64,000 nt of DNA, from NCBI GenBank assembly GCA_044507815.1, contig JBIQIX010000010.1:68431-132430 (forward strand). Reading direction: 5' to 3'. The notes under the pieces are model-generated. The model was not told where the DNA came from, searched no databases, and worked only from the letters and a program-made list of their open reading frames with translations. A program made the translations under genes and the position numbers. The stretch comes from Flavobacteriales bacterium (lineage in GTDB: Bacteria; Bacteroidota; Bacteroidia; Flavobacteriales_F; PHOS-HE28). Positions 9,437-19,081 of the stretch are shown here, in pieces; position 1 is the stretch's first letter; each line of letters starts with the position of its first letter.

Positions 9437-10057
9437 ATGTTGCTCGCCATTCACCCGAAAAACCCCGAAGCGCGAAAGATCGCCGACGTGGTGGACCGCC
9501 TGAACAAGGGCGCTGTGATCGTATGCCCCACCGACACGGTGTATGCTTTCGCCTGCAGTGCGCACCAACCCCGTGCCATTGAGGCCATTGCGCGGCTGAA
9601 GGGCACCAAGACCGAAAAGACGAACCTTTCATTGATCTGCAAGGACCTCAGCCAACTGAGCCTGTACGCCCGTGCCATTGCCACGCCCAGCTTCCGGGTG
9701 ATGAAGAAAGCGCTGCCCGGGCCTTACACCTTCATTGTGCCGGCCAGCAGCCAGATCCCGCACCTGTTCAAGAACAAGAAGCACACCGTGGGCATCCGCG
9801 TCCCGGATCATCCCATACCCGTTGCCCTGGTGGAGGGCCTTGGCCATGCCCTGGTGGTGACCAGCGTGCACGATGAGGACCAGGTGATGGAGCATACGGC
9901 CGACCCGGAAGTGATCCATGAGCGCATCGGCAACCAGTTGGAACTGGTGATCGATGGCGGCATGGGCGGCATGCAGGGTTCCACGGTGATCGACATCACC
10001 GGTGGCGAACCCACCGTGATCCGCGAGGGCAAGGGCCCTGTGGACGTGCTGGGTTGA
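9437..10057 (+). CDS. tsaC: L-threonylcarbamoyladenylate synthase (YrdC/Sua5 family)
   Basis: VIVCPTDTVYAFACSA motif. 206 aa. Start is immediately after the fsa stop. Confidence 0.85.
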   Translation: MLLAIHPKNPEARKIADVVDRLNKGAVIVCPTDTVYAFACSAHQPRAIEAIARLKGTKTEKTNLSLICKDLSQLSLYARAIATPSFRVMKKALPGPYTFIVPASSQIPHLFKNKKHTVGIRVPDHPIPVALVEGLGHALVVTSVHDEDQVMEHTADPEVIHERIGNQLELVIDGGMGGMQGSTVIDITGGEPTVIREGKGPVDVLG

Positions 10058-11584
10058 TCAATGGCCGGTTGCACCGGCCCCGCGCAACTCACGCCACACA
10101 CCGGCCAGGCTGTTGATCAGATCGCCGGGCAGCATGGCGTCCTCGCCCAAGGTGGCCGCTGCAAGGTCACCGGCACGTGCATGGGCGTAAACGCCGAGCA
10201 GGGCGGTTGACAATGCATCGAGGCCCTGGGCACGCAAGGCCGTCAGGATACCGGTGAGCGCATCACCGCTCCCTCCTTTCGCCATGCCGGGGTTGCCCGC
10301 TATGTTGTGGAACACACGCCCATCCATGCTGCAGATGGCCGTGTATGCGCCCTTCAGCACCACCACCAAGCGGTTGCGGCGCGCCAATTCACGCGCTTGT
10401 TCCAGCCGCTCCTCGTCACTTCCGGCCCGCCCCACCAGCCGTTCCAGCTCCTTGGGATGCGGGGTAAGCATGGTGCCTGCGGGCAGAAAGGCCAACCACG
10501 TGCGGTTCTCCGCCAGTATGTTCAGCGCATCGGCATCCAGCACCAAGGGCGCTGGCGCTTCCTGCACCAAGCGTTTCAACAGGCGTGCCGTTTCCTCCGA
10601 GGTGCCCATGCCCGGACCCACGCCAATGGCGGCCACATTGCCGAATTTGGGCATGGTGGCCAGCACGGTTTCCGCATCCTCATTGACCATGGCCTCCGGC
10701 AAATGCTGATGCATGATGGCCGCTCCATATTTGGGCAGGTGCGCGGTAAGCAGGCCGCAACCCGAGCGCAGGGCCGCGTGGGCGGCCAGCACGGCCGCCC
10801 CCATTTTGCCGGGTCCGCCCGCCAACAGCCAAGCATGGCCACGATCGCCCTTGTGGGCCACCCGGCCGCAAAACGGCATCAAGGCCGCAGCATCCGCCGC
10901 CTCGATCACCGCTTGATCGGTTTGCTGCTGGGCCACAAAAGCGCGGTCCAGCCCAATGGACACCACCTCCCATGCACCGGCAAAACGGAAATTGTCGGCC
11001 ATGAGCAGGGCCTTTTTGGGCAGCTCCAAGGTGAAAGTGCGGTCGGCCTGCACAATGGCATCCGGATCGTTGTCGGCATTGCCATCGGCGAAAAGGCCCG
11101 AGGGCAGGTCGATGGACAGTACCTCATTGGGCCGCCGGTTCAACTCGCCCACGAGTTCTTTCAGCCAACCTTCCAGCGGGCGCTGCACACCTGTGCCGAA
11201 CAGGGCATCGATCACCAATGCGTCCGGTGCAAAGGCGGGCAGGGCCTCCCCTTCCTGAAGGGTTTGCACGTCGCCGCCCCCTTGCGCGTAACGCGCCAAG
11301 TTGGCCTCAAATTCCATGGAACCCGTTTGCTTGTACCGGGCCACCAGCACCTTTACATGCTGCTGGCCTGCCGTGCGCAATACGCGGGCCATCACCAGTC
11401 CGTCCCCGCCGTTGCCGATGCCCGCGAACACCACCACCGGGCGATCGAAAGGAAGGTCCGCCATCAACCGGTTGGTGCAACGCAAAGCCGCACGTTCCAT
11501 CAACGCCAAGGATGACACGGGTTCACTGGCGATGGTATGGGCTTCGACCCTGCGCAGTTGCGCGGCCGTTAGAAGTGGTAACAT
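10058..11584 (-). CDS. nnr: bifunctional NAD(P)H-hydrate repair enzyme Nnr (epimerase/dehydratase, YjeF)
   Basis: YjeF N- and C-terminal domains (GPGNNGGDG-like, GGSGDALTG). 508 aa. Confidence 0.85.
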   Translation of the reverse strand: MLPLLTAAQLRRVEAHTIASEPVSSLALMERAALRCTNRLMADLPFDRPVVVFAGIGNGGDGLVMARVLRTAGQQHVKVLVARYKQTGSMEFEANLARYAQGGGDVQTLQEGEALPAFAPDALVIDALFGTGVQRPLEGWLKELVGELNRRPNEVLSIDLPSGLFADGNADNDPDAIVQADRTFTLELPKKALLMADNFRFAGAWEVVSIGLDRAFVAQQQTDQAVIEAADAAALMPFCGRVAHKGDRGHAWLLAGGPGKMGAAVLAAHAALRSGCGLLTAHLPKYGAAIMHQHLPEAMVNEDAETVLATMPKFGNVAAIGVGPGMGTSEETARLLKRLVQEAPAPLVLDADALNILAENRTWLAFLPAGTMLTPHPKELERLVGRAGSDEERLEQARELARRNRLVVVLKGAYTAICSMDGRVFHNIAGNPGMAKGGSGDALTGILTALRAQGLDALSTALLGVYAHARAGDLAAATLGEDAMLPGDLINSLAGVWRELRGAGATGH

Positions 11585-11619
11585 GCGAACGAATTTAGCC
11601 CTGCTGGGTCCTGAAAACA

Positions 11620-11645
11620 GGAAAGCCCCCGTTTCCGGGGGCTTT
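11620..11645 (-). terminator. stem-loop terminator downstream of the outer-membrane protein gene
   Basis: Perfect 11-bp stem GAAAGCCCCCG/CGGGGGCTTTC with a TTTCC loop. A T-rich run follows on the minus strand. Confidence 0.55.
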
Positions 11646-11670
11646 CTGTACCAAAGCGTTTACCGTTTTC

Positions 11671-12513
11671 TTATTGGAAGTAGAAGTTCACGCCCAACAT
11701 GGCGGCACCGCTCACGCCGGTGTCGATGCTGAAGCTGCTGGTCTTGGTTCCACCGTCCACGGTTTGGGTCTTCACGCTGCCAGCGCCGGCAGGATCCCAG
11801 TACTCGCTGGAAACGCTGCTGTGGCCTTTGCTGCTCATGTTGAGGCCCCAGGTGTATTCACCGCTGAGGGACATCTTGGGAGCGAAGAACCACTCCACAC
11901 CTGCAAAGGCGTTCAGGCCCACATGGAAGGTGCCTCCTGCCTTTTCCTCGGTCACTCCTTGGCCTTGGCCGAACTCGGAGTTGTTCGCGGGGTTGGTGGC
12001 GGTAAGCGCGTTACCATACTCATAGGTGGTCTTGCTGCTGCCGAAGCCCACGTTGAACATGGCGCCGTACACGCCTACCACGCGGGTGCTGCCCACGCGC
12101 TTCTCCAGGCCCACGCCCAGGTCAATGTTCATGTAGCCCACTTTCTTCACGTCGCTCACTTGTGCAGGAGGGGTGGTGGTGGAGGTTACATCATCCACCA
12201 AAACAGTCTGCTTGTCGCTGCCGAAGCCGAGGCGGATCTGCCCGCGGTATGCGGTGTTCGCGTCGATGAGCTTCTTGCCGCGGATCACCATGTCGTTGTT
12301 CAGCCAGGTCAGGCCGTTCCCGATGGTGTTGCCGTTCGTCCCGTTGAACAGGTTGCCGGCATAGTTCAACAGCGGGTTAGCGCTGAAAGTGAGTCCCCAG
12401 TCGCCGTCCTGTGACAGCCAGTTTTCGCCACGGTTGCTGGTGATCTCACCCGTTTGGGCGCTGGCCGCCGTTACGGCGAAAAGCGCTGCGGTGAACAGTA
12501 CAGTCTTCTTCAT
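11671..12513 (-). CDS. outer-membrane beta-barrel (porin-like) protein
   Basis: Signal peptide MKKTVLFTAALFAVTAASAQ, alternating amphipathic beta strands, and a C-terminal ...NFYFQ aromatic residue. Confidence 0.55.
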   Translation of the reverse strand: MKKTVLFTAALFAVTAASAQTGEITSNRGENWLSQDGDWGLTFSANPLLNYAGNLFNGTNGNTIGNGLTWLNNDMVIRGKKLIDANTAYRGQIRLGFGSDKQTVLVDDVTSTTTPPAQVSDVKKVGYMNIDLGVGLEKRVGSTRVVGVYGAMFNVGFGSSKTTYEYGNALTATNPANNSEFGQGQGVTEEKAGGTFHVGLNAFAGVEWFFAPKMSLSGEYTWGLNMSSKGHSSVSSEYWDPAGAGSVKTQTVDGGTKTSSFSIDTGVSGAAMLGVNFYFQ

Positions 12514-12569
12514 GACTTTTTGGTTTTGCGTTGCTTTGGTTTAGTGTGAATTGGTTCTGCTTGGTCAGT

Positions 12570-12577
12570 CAAATGTA
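12570..12577 (-). promoter_or_regulatory. candidate Bacteroidota-type -7 element (TACATTTG) for the OMP gene
   Basis: The reverse complement reads TACATTTG (TAnnTTTG consensus) ~60 nt upstream of the start, with a TTTG about 14 nt further upstream. Confidence 0.3.
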
Positions 12578-12735
12578 CCCGACCGGCGCGGCAAACTTAT
12601 GCACATTTTGCTGACATATCAACCACGAATTGTTGATCGTCGATTTCATTCGCTGCTTGGTCGGGCTTTCGGGCATGATGGTGGACCACCCCCGAAATCG
12701 GGGGCGAATGTAGCACAGTCCGTGAAACCCCGTAG

Positions 12736-13386
12736 TCAACCCATCGATTTATTCTCCAGCATGGGCACGAAGCTGAATGCGCCATGGGCCTTCCGCTCCA
12801 TCCCCTGCGGGCCGAGGGTGTAGGTGAACATGGTCTGCCCCCCTTCGGGTCCGATGGGGATGACCATGATGCCGCCCGGGGCCAATTGCCCGAGCAGCGC
12901 CTGTGGTGCCTCCGGCGCCCCGCAGGTAACAATGATCTTATGGAAGGGCGCATCCTGGGGAAGACCCTTGTAGCCATCGCCGTGCACCAGCCGTGCCCTG
13001 TAGCCCATGGCCGCAAGCCGTGCCTTGGTGGCCTGGAACAATGCCTTGTGCCTTTCAATGCTGTGCACCTTGGCGCCCAGCTCGCAAAGCACCGCCGTTT
13101 GGTAGCCGCAGCCGGTGCCGATCTCCAGCACCTTTTCGCCCGGCCTCAGTTTCAACAACTCACTTTGTATCGCCACGGTATAGGGTTGCGAAATGGTCTG
13201 TCCGCATCCGATGGGAAACGCCTGGTCCACGTAAGCGAACCGCTCAAATGCGGTATCGTCGATGAACTGGTGCCGGGGTACCTTGGCCATGGCGGCCAAT
13301 ACCGCGGCATCGGCAATGCCCTTCTTCTTCAGCTCGTCCACCAGCTTGCGCCGCTGGCCCTGGTGGCGGAATTCATCGCGTTGCAT
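12736..13386 (-). CDS. pcm: protein-L-isoaspartate O-methyltransferase
   Basis: VLEIGTGCGYQTAVL SAM-binding motif. Start moved to the internal MQRDEF, giving ~216 aa. Confidence 0.85.
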   Translation of the reverse strand: MQRDEFRHQGQRRKLVDELKKKGIADAAVLAAMAKVPRHQFIDDTAFERFAYVDQAFPIGCGQTISQPYTVAIQSELLKLRPGEKVLEIGTGCGYQTAVLCELGAKVHSIERHKALFQATKARLAAMGYRARLVHGDGYKGLPQDAPFHKIIVTCGAPEAPQALLGQLAPGGIMVIPIGPEGGQTMFTYTLGPQGMERKAHGAFSFVPMLENKSMG

Positions 13387-13499
13387 GCTGCGTGCAAAAC
13401 TAACCCGGCCTTGGCCCTGTTGTGGAAACGGCCGGTCTACCGGTCCGCCGGTAAGGGGGTTCCATGCCTGCATGGGCCCTTGCTCTACTTTTGCCGCCC

Positions 13500-14483
13500 A
13501 TGGAAAATCCGATACGGATCGGCGTACTGGGGGCGGGCCATCTGGGCAGGATCCATGTGCAGCAGCTTCGCGAACTCCGGGAATACCACATTGCCGGCGT
13601 TTACGACCCTGATCCGGCCAAGGCCGGTGCCGTGGAGGCGGAATTCGGCGTGCAGCTGCTGCCGGGCATGGAGGAGCTGATCGCCGATTGCGATGTGGTG
13701 GACGTTGTTACCCCCACCATCGCCCACCACGAATGTGCCATGGAGGCGCTGGCCGCCGGGCGCCATGTATTCATTGAAAAGCCGATCGCCAACACCCTTG
13801 AGCAGGCCCGGCAATTGGTGCAACGCGCACGGCAACTTGGGCGAAAAGTGCAGGTGGGCCATGTGGAACGCTTCAATCCCGCCTTCATTGCCGCACGCGG
13901 CGCCTTGCAGAACCCCATGTTCATTGAGACCCACCGCCTGGCGCAATTCGACCCGCGCGGCACGGATGTAAGCGTGGTGCTGGACCTGATGATCCACGAC
14001 CTGGACATCATTCTTCACGTGGTGCATTCGCCCGTGGCCGAGGTGCATGCCAGCGGGGTGGCCGTGGTAAGCGACACACCCGACATTGCCAACGCCCGTA
14101 TCCGCTTTGCCAATGGCTGCACGGCAAACCTCACGGCCAGCCGCATCAGCCTGAAAAAAATGCGGAAAAGCCGCTTCTTCCAGCGCGACGCCTACATCGC
14201 GGTGGACATGTTGAAGAAGGAGACCGAGATCATGCGCATGCGCAGCGTGGAACAAGCCGACCCCTTTGCGGTAACCCTTGACCTGGGCGGTGGAAAGGGC
14301 CTGCGCGAGATCAGTTTCGACAAGCCGGAAGTACCCGCCACCAACGCCATCCGCGAGGAATTGCGATCCTTCGCCCAAGCGATATTGCACGGCCACGAGC
14401 CGGAAGTACCCGCCTCCGACGGCCTGGCCGCGCTGGAATTGGCCCACCGCGTGCTGGAGGCCATGCGCCAAGCACAAGGCTGA
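13500..14483 (+). CDS. Gfo/Idh/MocA-family oxidoreductase
   Basis: IRIGVLGAGHLGRIH Rossmann motif and VFIEKPIA (EKP) motif. Start at MENPIRIG. Confidence 0.85.
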   Translation: MENPIRIGVLGAGHLGRIHVQQLRELREYHIAGVYDPDPAKAGAVEAEFGVQLLPGMEELIADCDVVDVVTPTIAHHECAMEALAAGRHVFIEKPIANTLEQARQLVQRARQLGRKVQVGHVERFNPAFIAARGALQNPMFIETHRLAQFDPRGTDVSVVLDLMIHDLDIILHVVHSPVAEVHASGVAVVSDTPDIANARIRFANGCTANLTASRISLKKMRKSRFFQRDAYIAVDMLKKETEIMRMRSVEQADPFAVTLDLGGGKGLREISFDKPEVPATNAIREELRSFAQAILHGHEPEVPASDGLAALELAHRVLEAMRQAQG

Positions 14484-14529
14484 GGCCATACTGATCGCCC
14501 TAACCATGCGTTACCCGCCAAGGAACACC

Positions 14530-15384
14530 ATGACCCGCGCCGCCCTGCCCCTGCTGGGTTTCACGATCCTGTTGCTCGCCGCTTGCAAAAAAGACGGCGC
14601 GGTGCCCGCCTATGCCATCATTTCGCCCGTTATGGTGCAGGATGCCGGGGGGCAGGAAATTTCATCCAAGATCACCGACCTTTGGGTATACCTCAACGAC
14701 CAGCCTGTAGGCGTGTGGCAGCCGGGCCGCGCGGTACCCTTGATCGGCGAGGGTGAAGCCACCCTGAAAGTGATTGCCGGGGTGCGCCGCAACGGCATTA
14801 CCGACGATCGCATCCAGTACCCGTTCTATGCCACTTGGCAGCAACAGATGCAGCTGCGCCCGGGCCAAAGGACCACCGTACAGGCCAACTTCCGCTACTT
14901 CGACGGGCTTGACCAGTGGCTCGACGATTTCAATACGGGGCAACGCTTCGACACCATCAACTCATCGGCCACCATGGCGCTGGTGCCCGGCGATGGCAGC
15001 CTGCCCGGCATGGGCAGCCAGTTCGGAAGGATCAGCCTCGATGCTGAACACCCGCTTTACCGCGGGGTAAGCAGCGGCGACCCCTTCATCACCGGCGCCA
15101 AGGCCTTCCTGGAGCTTGATTACCGCAGCGACACCCGCCTGTTGATCGGGGTGCGCTACATGCGCAACGGCTATCAGAACGAAGTGGCCTATGTATATGC
15201 CAAGCCCACCAAATTGGCCGATGGCACCATGCCCTGGAACAAGCTCTACGTGGACCTGGGCGAGCCATGGAATGTGGGCGGCGCCAGCGACAAGCGATTC
15301 TTTATCAAGGCCGCGCTTGAGGACGGGGCCACCACGGCCACGGTGGACCTCGACAACGTCAAGCTCGTACGGCCGGCCCCATGA
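14530..15384 (+). CDS. hypothetical lipoprotein
   Basis: Start moved to MTRAALPLLGFTILLLAACKK (lipobox LAAC). Its stop overlaps the next start in an ATGA arrangement. Confidence 0.5.
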   Translation: MTRAALPLLGFTILLLAACKKDGAVPAYAIISPVMVQDAGGQEISSKITDLWVYLNDQPVGVWQPGRAVPLIGEGEATLKVIAGVRRNGITDDRIQYPFYATWQQQMQLRPGQRTTVQANFRYFDGLDQWLDDFNTGQRFDTINSSATMALVPGDGSLPGMGSQFGRISLDAEHPLYRGVSSGDPFITGAKAFLELDYRSDTRLLIGVRYMRNGYQNEVAYVYAKPTKLADGTMPWNKLYVDLGEPWNVGGASDKRFFIKAALEDGATTATVDLDNVKLVRPAP

Positions 15385-16796
15385 ACAAGCGGAAACAGAT
15401 CCTGCTGTACGTGGCCGCCGACCTGCTGGCCACCGGGTTGGCCTGGACGCTTTTCTTTCTTTTCCGCAAGGCGTACATCGACCCGCTGAAATATCACCAC
15501 GCCGTCCCGGTGGAACTCGATCACCGCTACCTGCTCGGCCTGTTGGCCATACCACCTTTCTGGGTGCTGCTTTTCCTGGCCTTCGGCGGCTACAACGACC
15601 TTTTCCGCCGCTTCCGCACGAAGGAATTGGAACAGACCGCCCTACTGGGCCTGATCGGATCGATGGTGATCTTTTTCGCGCTGCTGCTGGACGATGCCGT
15701 GGCCACCCCGGCCTATTACTATTACAGCTTCGGGGCGCTCTTCGCGCTCAACTTCTCGCTGCTGTTCATTTTCCGTTTCGTGCTCACCTCGCGCACGGTG
15801 CGCATGGTGCACAACCGCCAGATCGGCTTCAACACCCTGCTGGTGGGCGGCAACGAGCGGGCCTTCGCCATTTACCACGAGATCGAGAACCTGCCGCGCA
15901 GCCCGGGCAACCGCTTCATCGGTTTTGTAAGCGTGAACGGCTGTGACCACCACTTGGTGGATGCCGGCATGCCGCTGTTAGGCACCACGGGCGACCTGCG
16001 CCGGCTGATCGGCCAGCATGCCGTGGAAGAGGCGATCATAGCGGTGGAAAGCAGCGAGCACGACCACATCAGCACCATACTGGGCGCGTTGGACGGCACC
16101 GCCGTGCGGATCAAGATCATCCCCGACATGTACGACATCCTTTCGGGGAGCGTGAAAATGACCAGCATATTCGGGGCCCCGCTGATCGAGGTGAACCCGC
16201 AGATCATGCCGGCGTGGCAATTCTCGCTCAAGCGGGCCATCGACATCGCCTTCAGTGCCTTGGCGCTGGTGCTGCTGCTGCCGGTATTCCTGCTCTTTGC
16301 CGCCCTGGTGAAGGCCTTCAGCCAAGGGCCGGTGTTTTTCCGGCAGGAGCGCATCGGCCGTTTCGGCAAGCCCTTCAAGATCATCAAGTTCCGCACCATG
16401 TACGTGGATGCCGAGCACAACGGGCCGCAGCTCAGCAGCCGCACCGACCCGCGCATTACGCCCATTGGCCGCTGGCTGCGCCGCACGCGCATGGACGAGC
16501 TCCCGCAATTCTGGAACGTGCTGATCGGCGACATGAGCCTGGTGGGGCCGCGCCCCGAGCGCCGCTACTTCATTGAGCAGATCATGCGCGTGGCCCCGCA
16601 CTATAGCCACCTGCACCGCGTACGGCCCGGCATCACCAGTTGGGGGCAGGTGAAATTCGGCTATGCCGAAAACGTGGACCAAATGGTGCGGCGACTGAAG
16701 TACGACGTGCTCTACATTGAGAACATGAGCCTGGGCGTGGACCTGAAGATCCTGGCCTACACGGTGCTGATCATCTTGAAAGGCGACGGCAAATGA
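15381..16796 (+). CDS. polyprenyl-phosphate sugar phosphotransferase (WbaP/WcaJ-like bacterial sugar transferase)
   Basis: N-terminal transmembrane segments. C-terminal bacterial sugar transferase domain (PVFFRQERIGRFGKPFKIIKFRTM...LPQFWNVLIGDMSLVGPRPE). Confidence 0.85.
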   Translation: MNKRKQILLYVAADLLATGLAWTLFFLFRKAYIDPLKYHHAVPVELDHRYLLGLLAIPPFWVLLFLAFGGYNDLFRRFRTKELEQTALLGLIGSMVIFFALLLDDAVATPAYYYYSFGALFALNFSLLFIFRFVLTSRTVRMVHNRQIGFNTLLVGGNERAFAIYHEIENLPRSPGNRFIGFVSVNGCDHHLVDAGMPLLGTTGDLRRLIGQHAVEEAIIAVESSEHDHISTILGALDGTAVRIKIIPDMYDILSGSVKMTSIFGAPLIEVNPQIMPAWQFSLKRAIDIAFSALALVLLLPVFLLFAALVKAFSQGPVFFRQERIGRFGKPFKIIKFRTMYVDAEHNGPQLSSRTDPRITPIGRWLRRTRMDELPQFWNVLIGDMSLVGPRPERRYFIEQIMRVAPHYSHLHRVRPGITSWGQVKFGYAENVDQMVRRLKYDVLYIENMSLGVDLKILAYTVLIILKGDGK

Positions 16797-16842
16797 ACCG
16801 TGCGCATGGCGCACCGCTTAGGGCGCGGTGTACATTCGCCGC

Positions 16843-17736
16843 ATGAAAATCTCGGTTATCGGTGCCGGCCAAATGGGCAATGGCATCGCCCACGTTTTCG
16901 CCCAAGGCGGGCACGAGGTAACGCTGATCGACATAGCCCAGGCCAGCCTGGACAAGGCCCTGGCCACCATCGGCAAGAACATGGACCGCCAAGTGGCCAA
17001 GGGCGCCTTAAGCGGGCCCGACAAGCAGGCCGCCCTGCAGCGCATCACCACCAGCACCGATACGGCTGCAGGCGTGAAGCACGCGGAATTGGTGGTGGAG
17101 GCCGCCACGGAGAACATCGACCTGAAGCTGAAGATCTTTGGCCTGTTGGATGCCCATGCGCCCCAAGCCTGCATACTGGCCACCAACACCAGCAGCATCA
17201 GCATCACGCGCATTGCCGCCGCCACCAAACGGCCGGGGCAGGTGATCGGCATGCACTTCATGAACCCCGTGCCGGTGATGAAGCTGGTGGAGGTGATCCG
17301 CGGCTACAGCACCACCGATGAGGTGACCAGGACGGTGATGGAACTGTCGCGTGCGATCGGCAAATCACCGGTTGAGGTGAACGACCTCCCCGGCTTTGTG
17401 GCCAACCGCATATTGATGCCCATGATCAACGAGGCCATCGAGACCTTGTTCCAGGGTGTTGGCGGCGTGGAGGAGATCGACACGGTAATGAAGCTGGGCA
17501 TGGCGCACCCCATGGGGCCATTGCAACTGGCGGATTTCATTGGGCTGGACACCTGCCTGGCCATTATGCGGGTGTTGCATGAGGGCTTTGCGCAACCCAA
17601 GTACGCACCCTGCCCGCTGCTGGTGCAAATGGTAACGGCAGGCAAGCTCGGCGTAAAAACGGGCGAAGGATTCTACCTGCACACACCGGGCAGCAAGGAG
17701 CTGAAAGTGGCACCTGCGTTCAGTGCGAGGCCATGA
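16843..17736 (+). CDS. hbd: 3-hydroxyacyl-CoA / 3-hydroxybutyryl-CoA dehydrogenase
   Basis: ISVIGAGQMGNGIA NAD-binding motif. Family-typical C-terminal domain. Confidence 0.85.
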   Translation: MKISVIGAGQMGNGIAHVFAQGGHEVTLIDIAQASLDKALATIGKNMDRQVAKGALSGPDKQAALQRITTSTDTAAGVKHAELVVEAATENIDLKLKIFGLLDAHAPQACILATNTSSISITRIAAATKRPGQVIGMHFMNPVPVMKLVEVIRGYSTTDEVTRTVMELSRAIGKSPVEVNDLPGFVANRILMPMINEAIETLFQGVGGVEEIDTVMKLGMAHPMGPLQLADFIGLDTCLAIMRVLHEGFAQPKYAPCPLLVQMVTAGKLGVKTGEGFYLHTPGSKELKVAPAFSARP

Positions 17737-18227
17737 CCACACGCAAGCTTCTTCCGCTTGCGGCCACCCTGCTCATGCTGGCCTGCGGGCCAGGAAAAAC
17801 CGGTGCGGGGGACGATGGTGCCGACATACCCGAAATTCCCGAAAACCGGTCGCATTGCTACCTGCTCGTAAGCCGGGGTGCACCCCTGGTGAACGATACC
17901 GGCCTGGCGCCCGGCGCGGTGGACACGCTGTACATACGCATGGATGTGCTGGGTGAATTGGTGAACGGCACCTTCAATTGGCTTCCGCAGGAAAAAGACA
18001 GCAAGCGCGGCAGCTTCAAGGGCACATTGGAGAACGGCGTGGTAACCGCGTTGTACACGTACAAGGCCGAAGGCGTTGCCGCCAAGGAGGAGGTGCTTTT
18101 CAAATTGGTGGACGGCGGCTTGCGCGTAGGCCACGGCGAATTGGTGCTGGACCAGGGCGTATGGCTTTTCAAGGATAAAGGCCATGCACAATACGGCGAC
18201 CTGGTTCCGGAAGTGGATTGCCCCTGA
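17733..18227 (+). CDS. hypothetical lipoprotein
   Basis: Signal peptide with lipobox LMLACG. ATGA overlap with the hbd stop. Confidence 0.45.
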   Translation: MTTRKLLPLAATLLMLACGPGKTGAGDDGADIPEIPENRSHCYLLVSRGAPLVNDTGLAPGAVDTLYIRMDVLGELVNGTFNWLPQEKDSKRGSFKGTLENGVVTALYTYKAEGVAAKEEVLFKLVDGGLRVGHGELVLDQGVWLFKDKGHAQYGDLVPEVDCP

Positions 18228-18311
18228 AGGTCCGGCTTTTACCCTCCCTCAACAGCAAATCGCCCAAGCCCTTGCCGGCAATTGATCGCCAAGGGGTATA
18301 ACCGGCCGGGC

Positions 18312-19013
18312 CTAATTCACGGATACCTCAGGCACGGCCTGGCCGTAACGGCGCTGCAGCCGGGCCTTGCGCTTGGCCAGCCGGGCCGAGGCCCTTTCGG
18401 TGCGCGGCGGAATGGGCTGGGCCGCCAACTCGCCATTCTCTATCCGGCGCACGATCGATTCCACCAGGGCATCGTCGCCATGCGGGTCGTACTCGCCCTT
18501 CAGGTCCTGCCCGAACAACACGGCCACGCCCTGCCACAGCCAGGCCTGGAACGCGCCCCTGAGCTGGCACACCAATTCATAGCCCGTACGCCCGGTTTCC
18601 CGGTCGATCAGCTTGATCAAGATCCGGCCCTGCGTTACGGTAAGCGATTTGATCTCCTGCTCGAATTCGGCCCTTAATTCCGCCTCGGCCAATTTCATGT
18701 ACAAGGCGCGGTCGCTTTCGTGGCCGATCAGGGCCAGGTCGTGGTTGTATTCGTCCAACAGCTTCGCGGTAACCCTGGCGTAGGGATATACCTTTTGCAC
18801 ATAGCGCGTAAGTCGGTCGGCGCGCGAGGCGTTGCGCTTGGCCTTGCCGGTGGCCTTCATTTCAATGTGCACCGGCGCCAACAGGTACGTGGGCATGGTA
18901 TCGCCGTCCACCACTACCACGGGCACCAGCTGCACAGGCTGCTGGGCCAGGGCACCCGGCAGGCCCGGGAAGCAGGCGCAAAGCACCAGAATGATGGGAA
19001 GGGCGCGTTTCAT
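18312..19013 (-). CDS. DUF4294-like secreted protein
   Basis: Signal peptide. Bacteroidota-typical DUF4294-like sequence (VDGDTMPTYLLAPVHI...RYVQKVYPYA). Called from memory of the family. Confidence 0.5.
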   Translation of the reverse strand: MKRALPIILVLCACFPGLPGALAQQPVQLVPVVVVDGDTMPTYLLAPVHIEMKATGKAKRNASRADRLTRYVQKVYPYARVTAKLLDEYNHDLALIGHESDRALYMKLAEAELRAEFEQEIKSLTVTQGRILIKLIDRETGRTGYELVCQLRGAFQAWLWQGVAVLFGQDLKGEYDPHGDDALVESIVRRIENGELAAQPIPPRTERASARLAKRKARLQRRYGQAVPEVSVN

Positions 19014-19081
19014 AACCCTGTTGATCGCAACAAGTTAGCCCTTAAACGCAGAAAGCTGCTGCAAGTTGCCAGCGGGCACGG

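Noticed and set aside
11585-11670. Possible small RNA in the nnr/OMP intergenic hairpin
   Set aside because: The perfect 11-bp GC hairpin plus T-run is explained by a terminator for the OMP gene. No additional conserved structure is evident.
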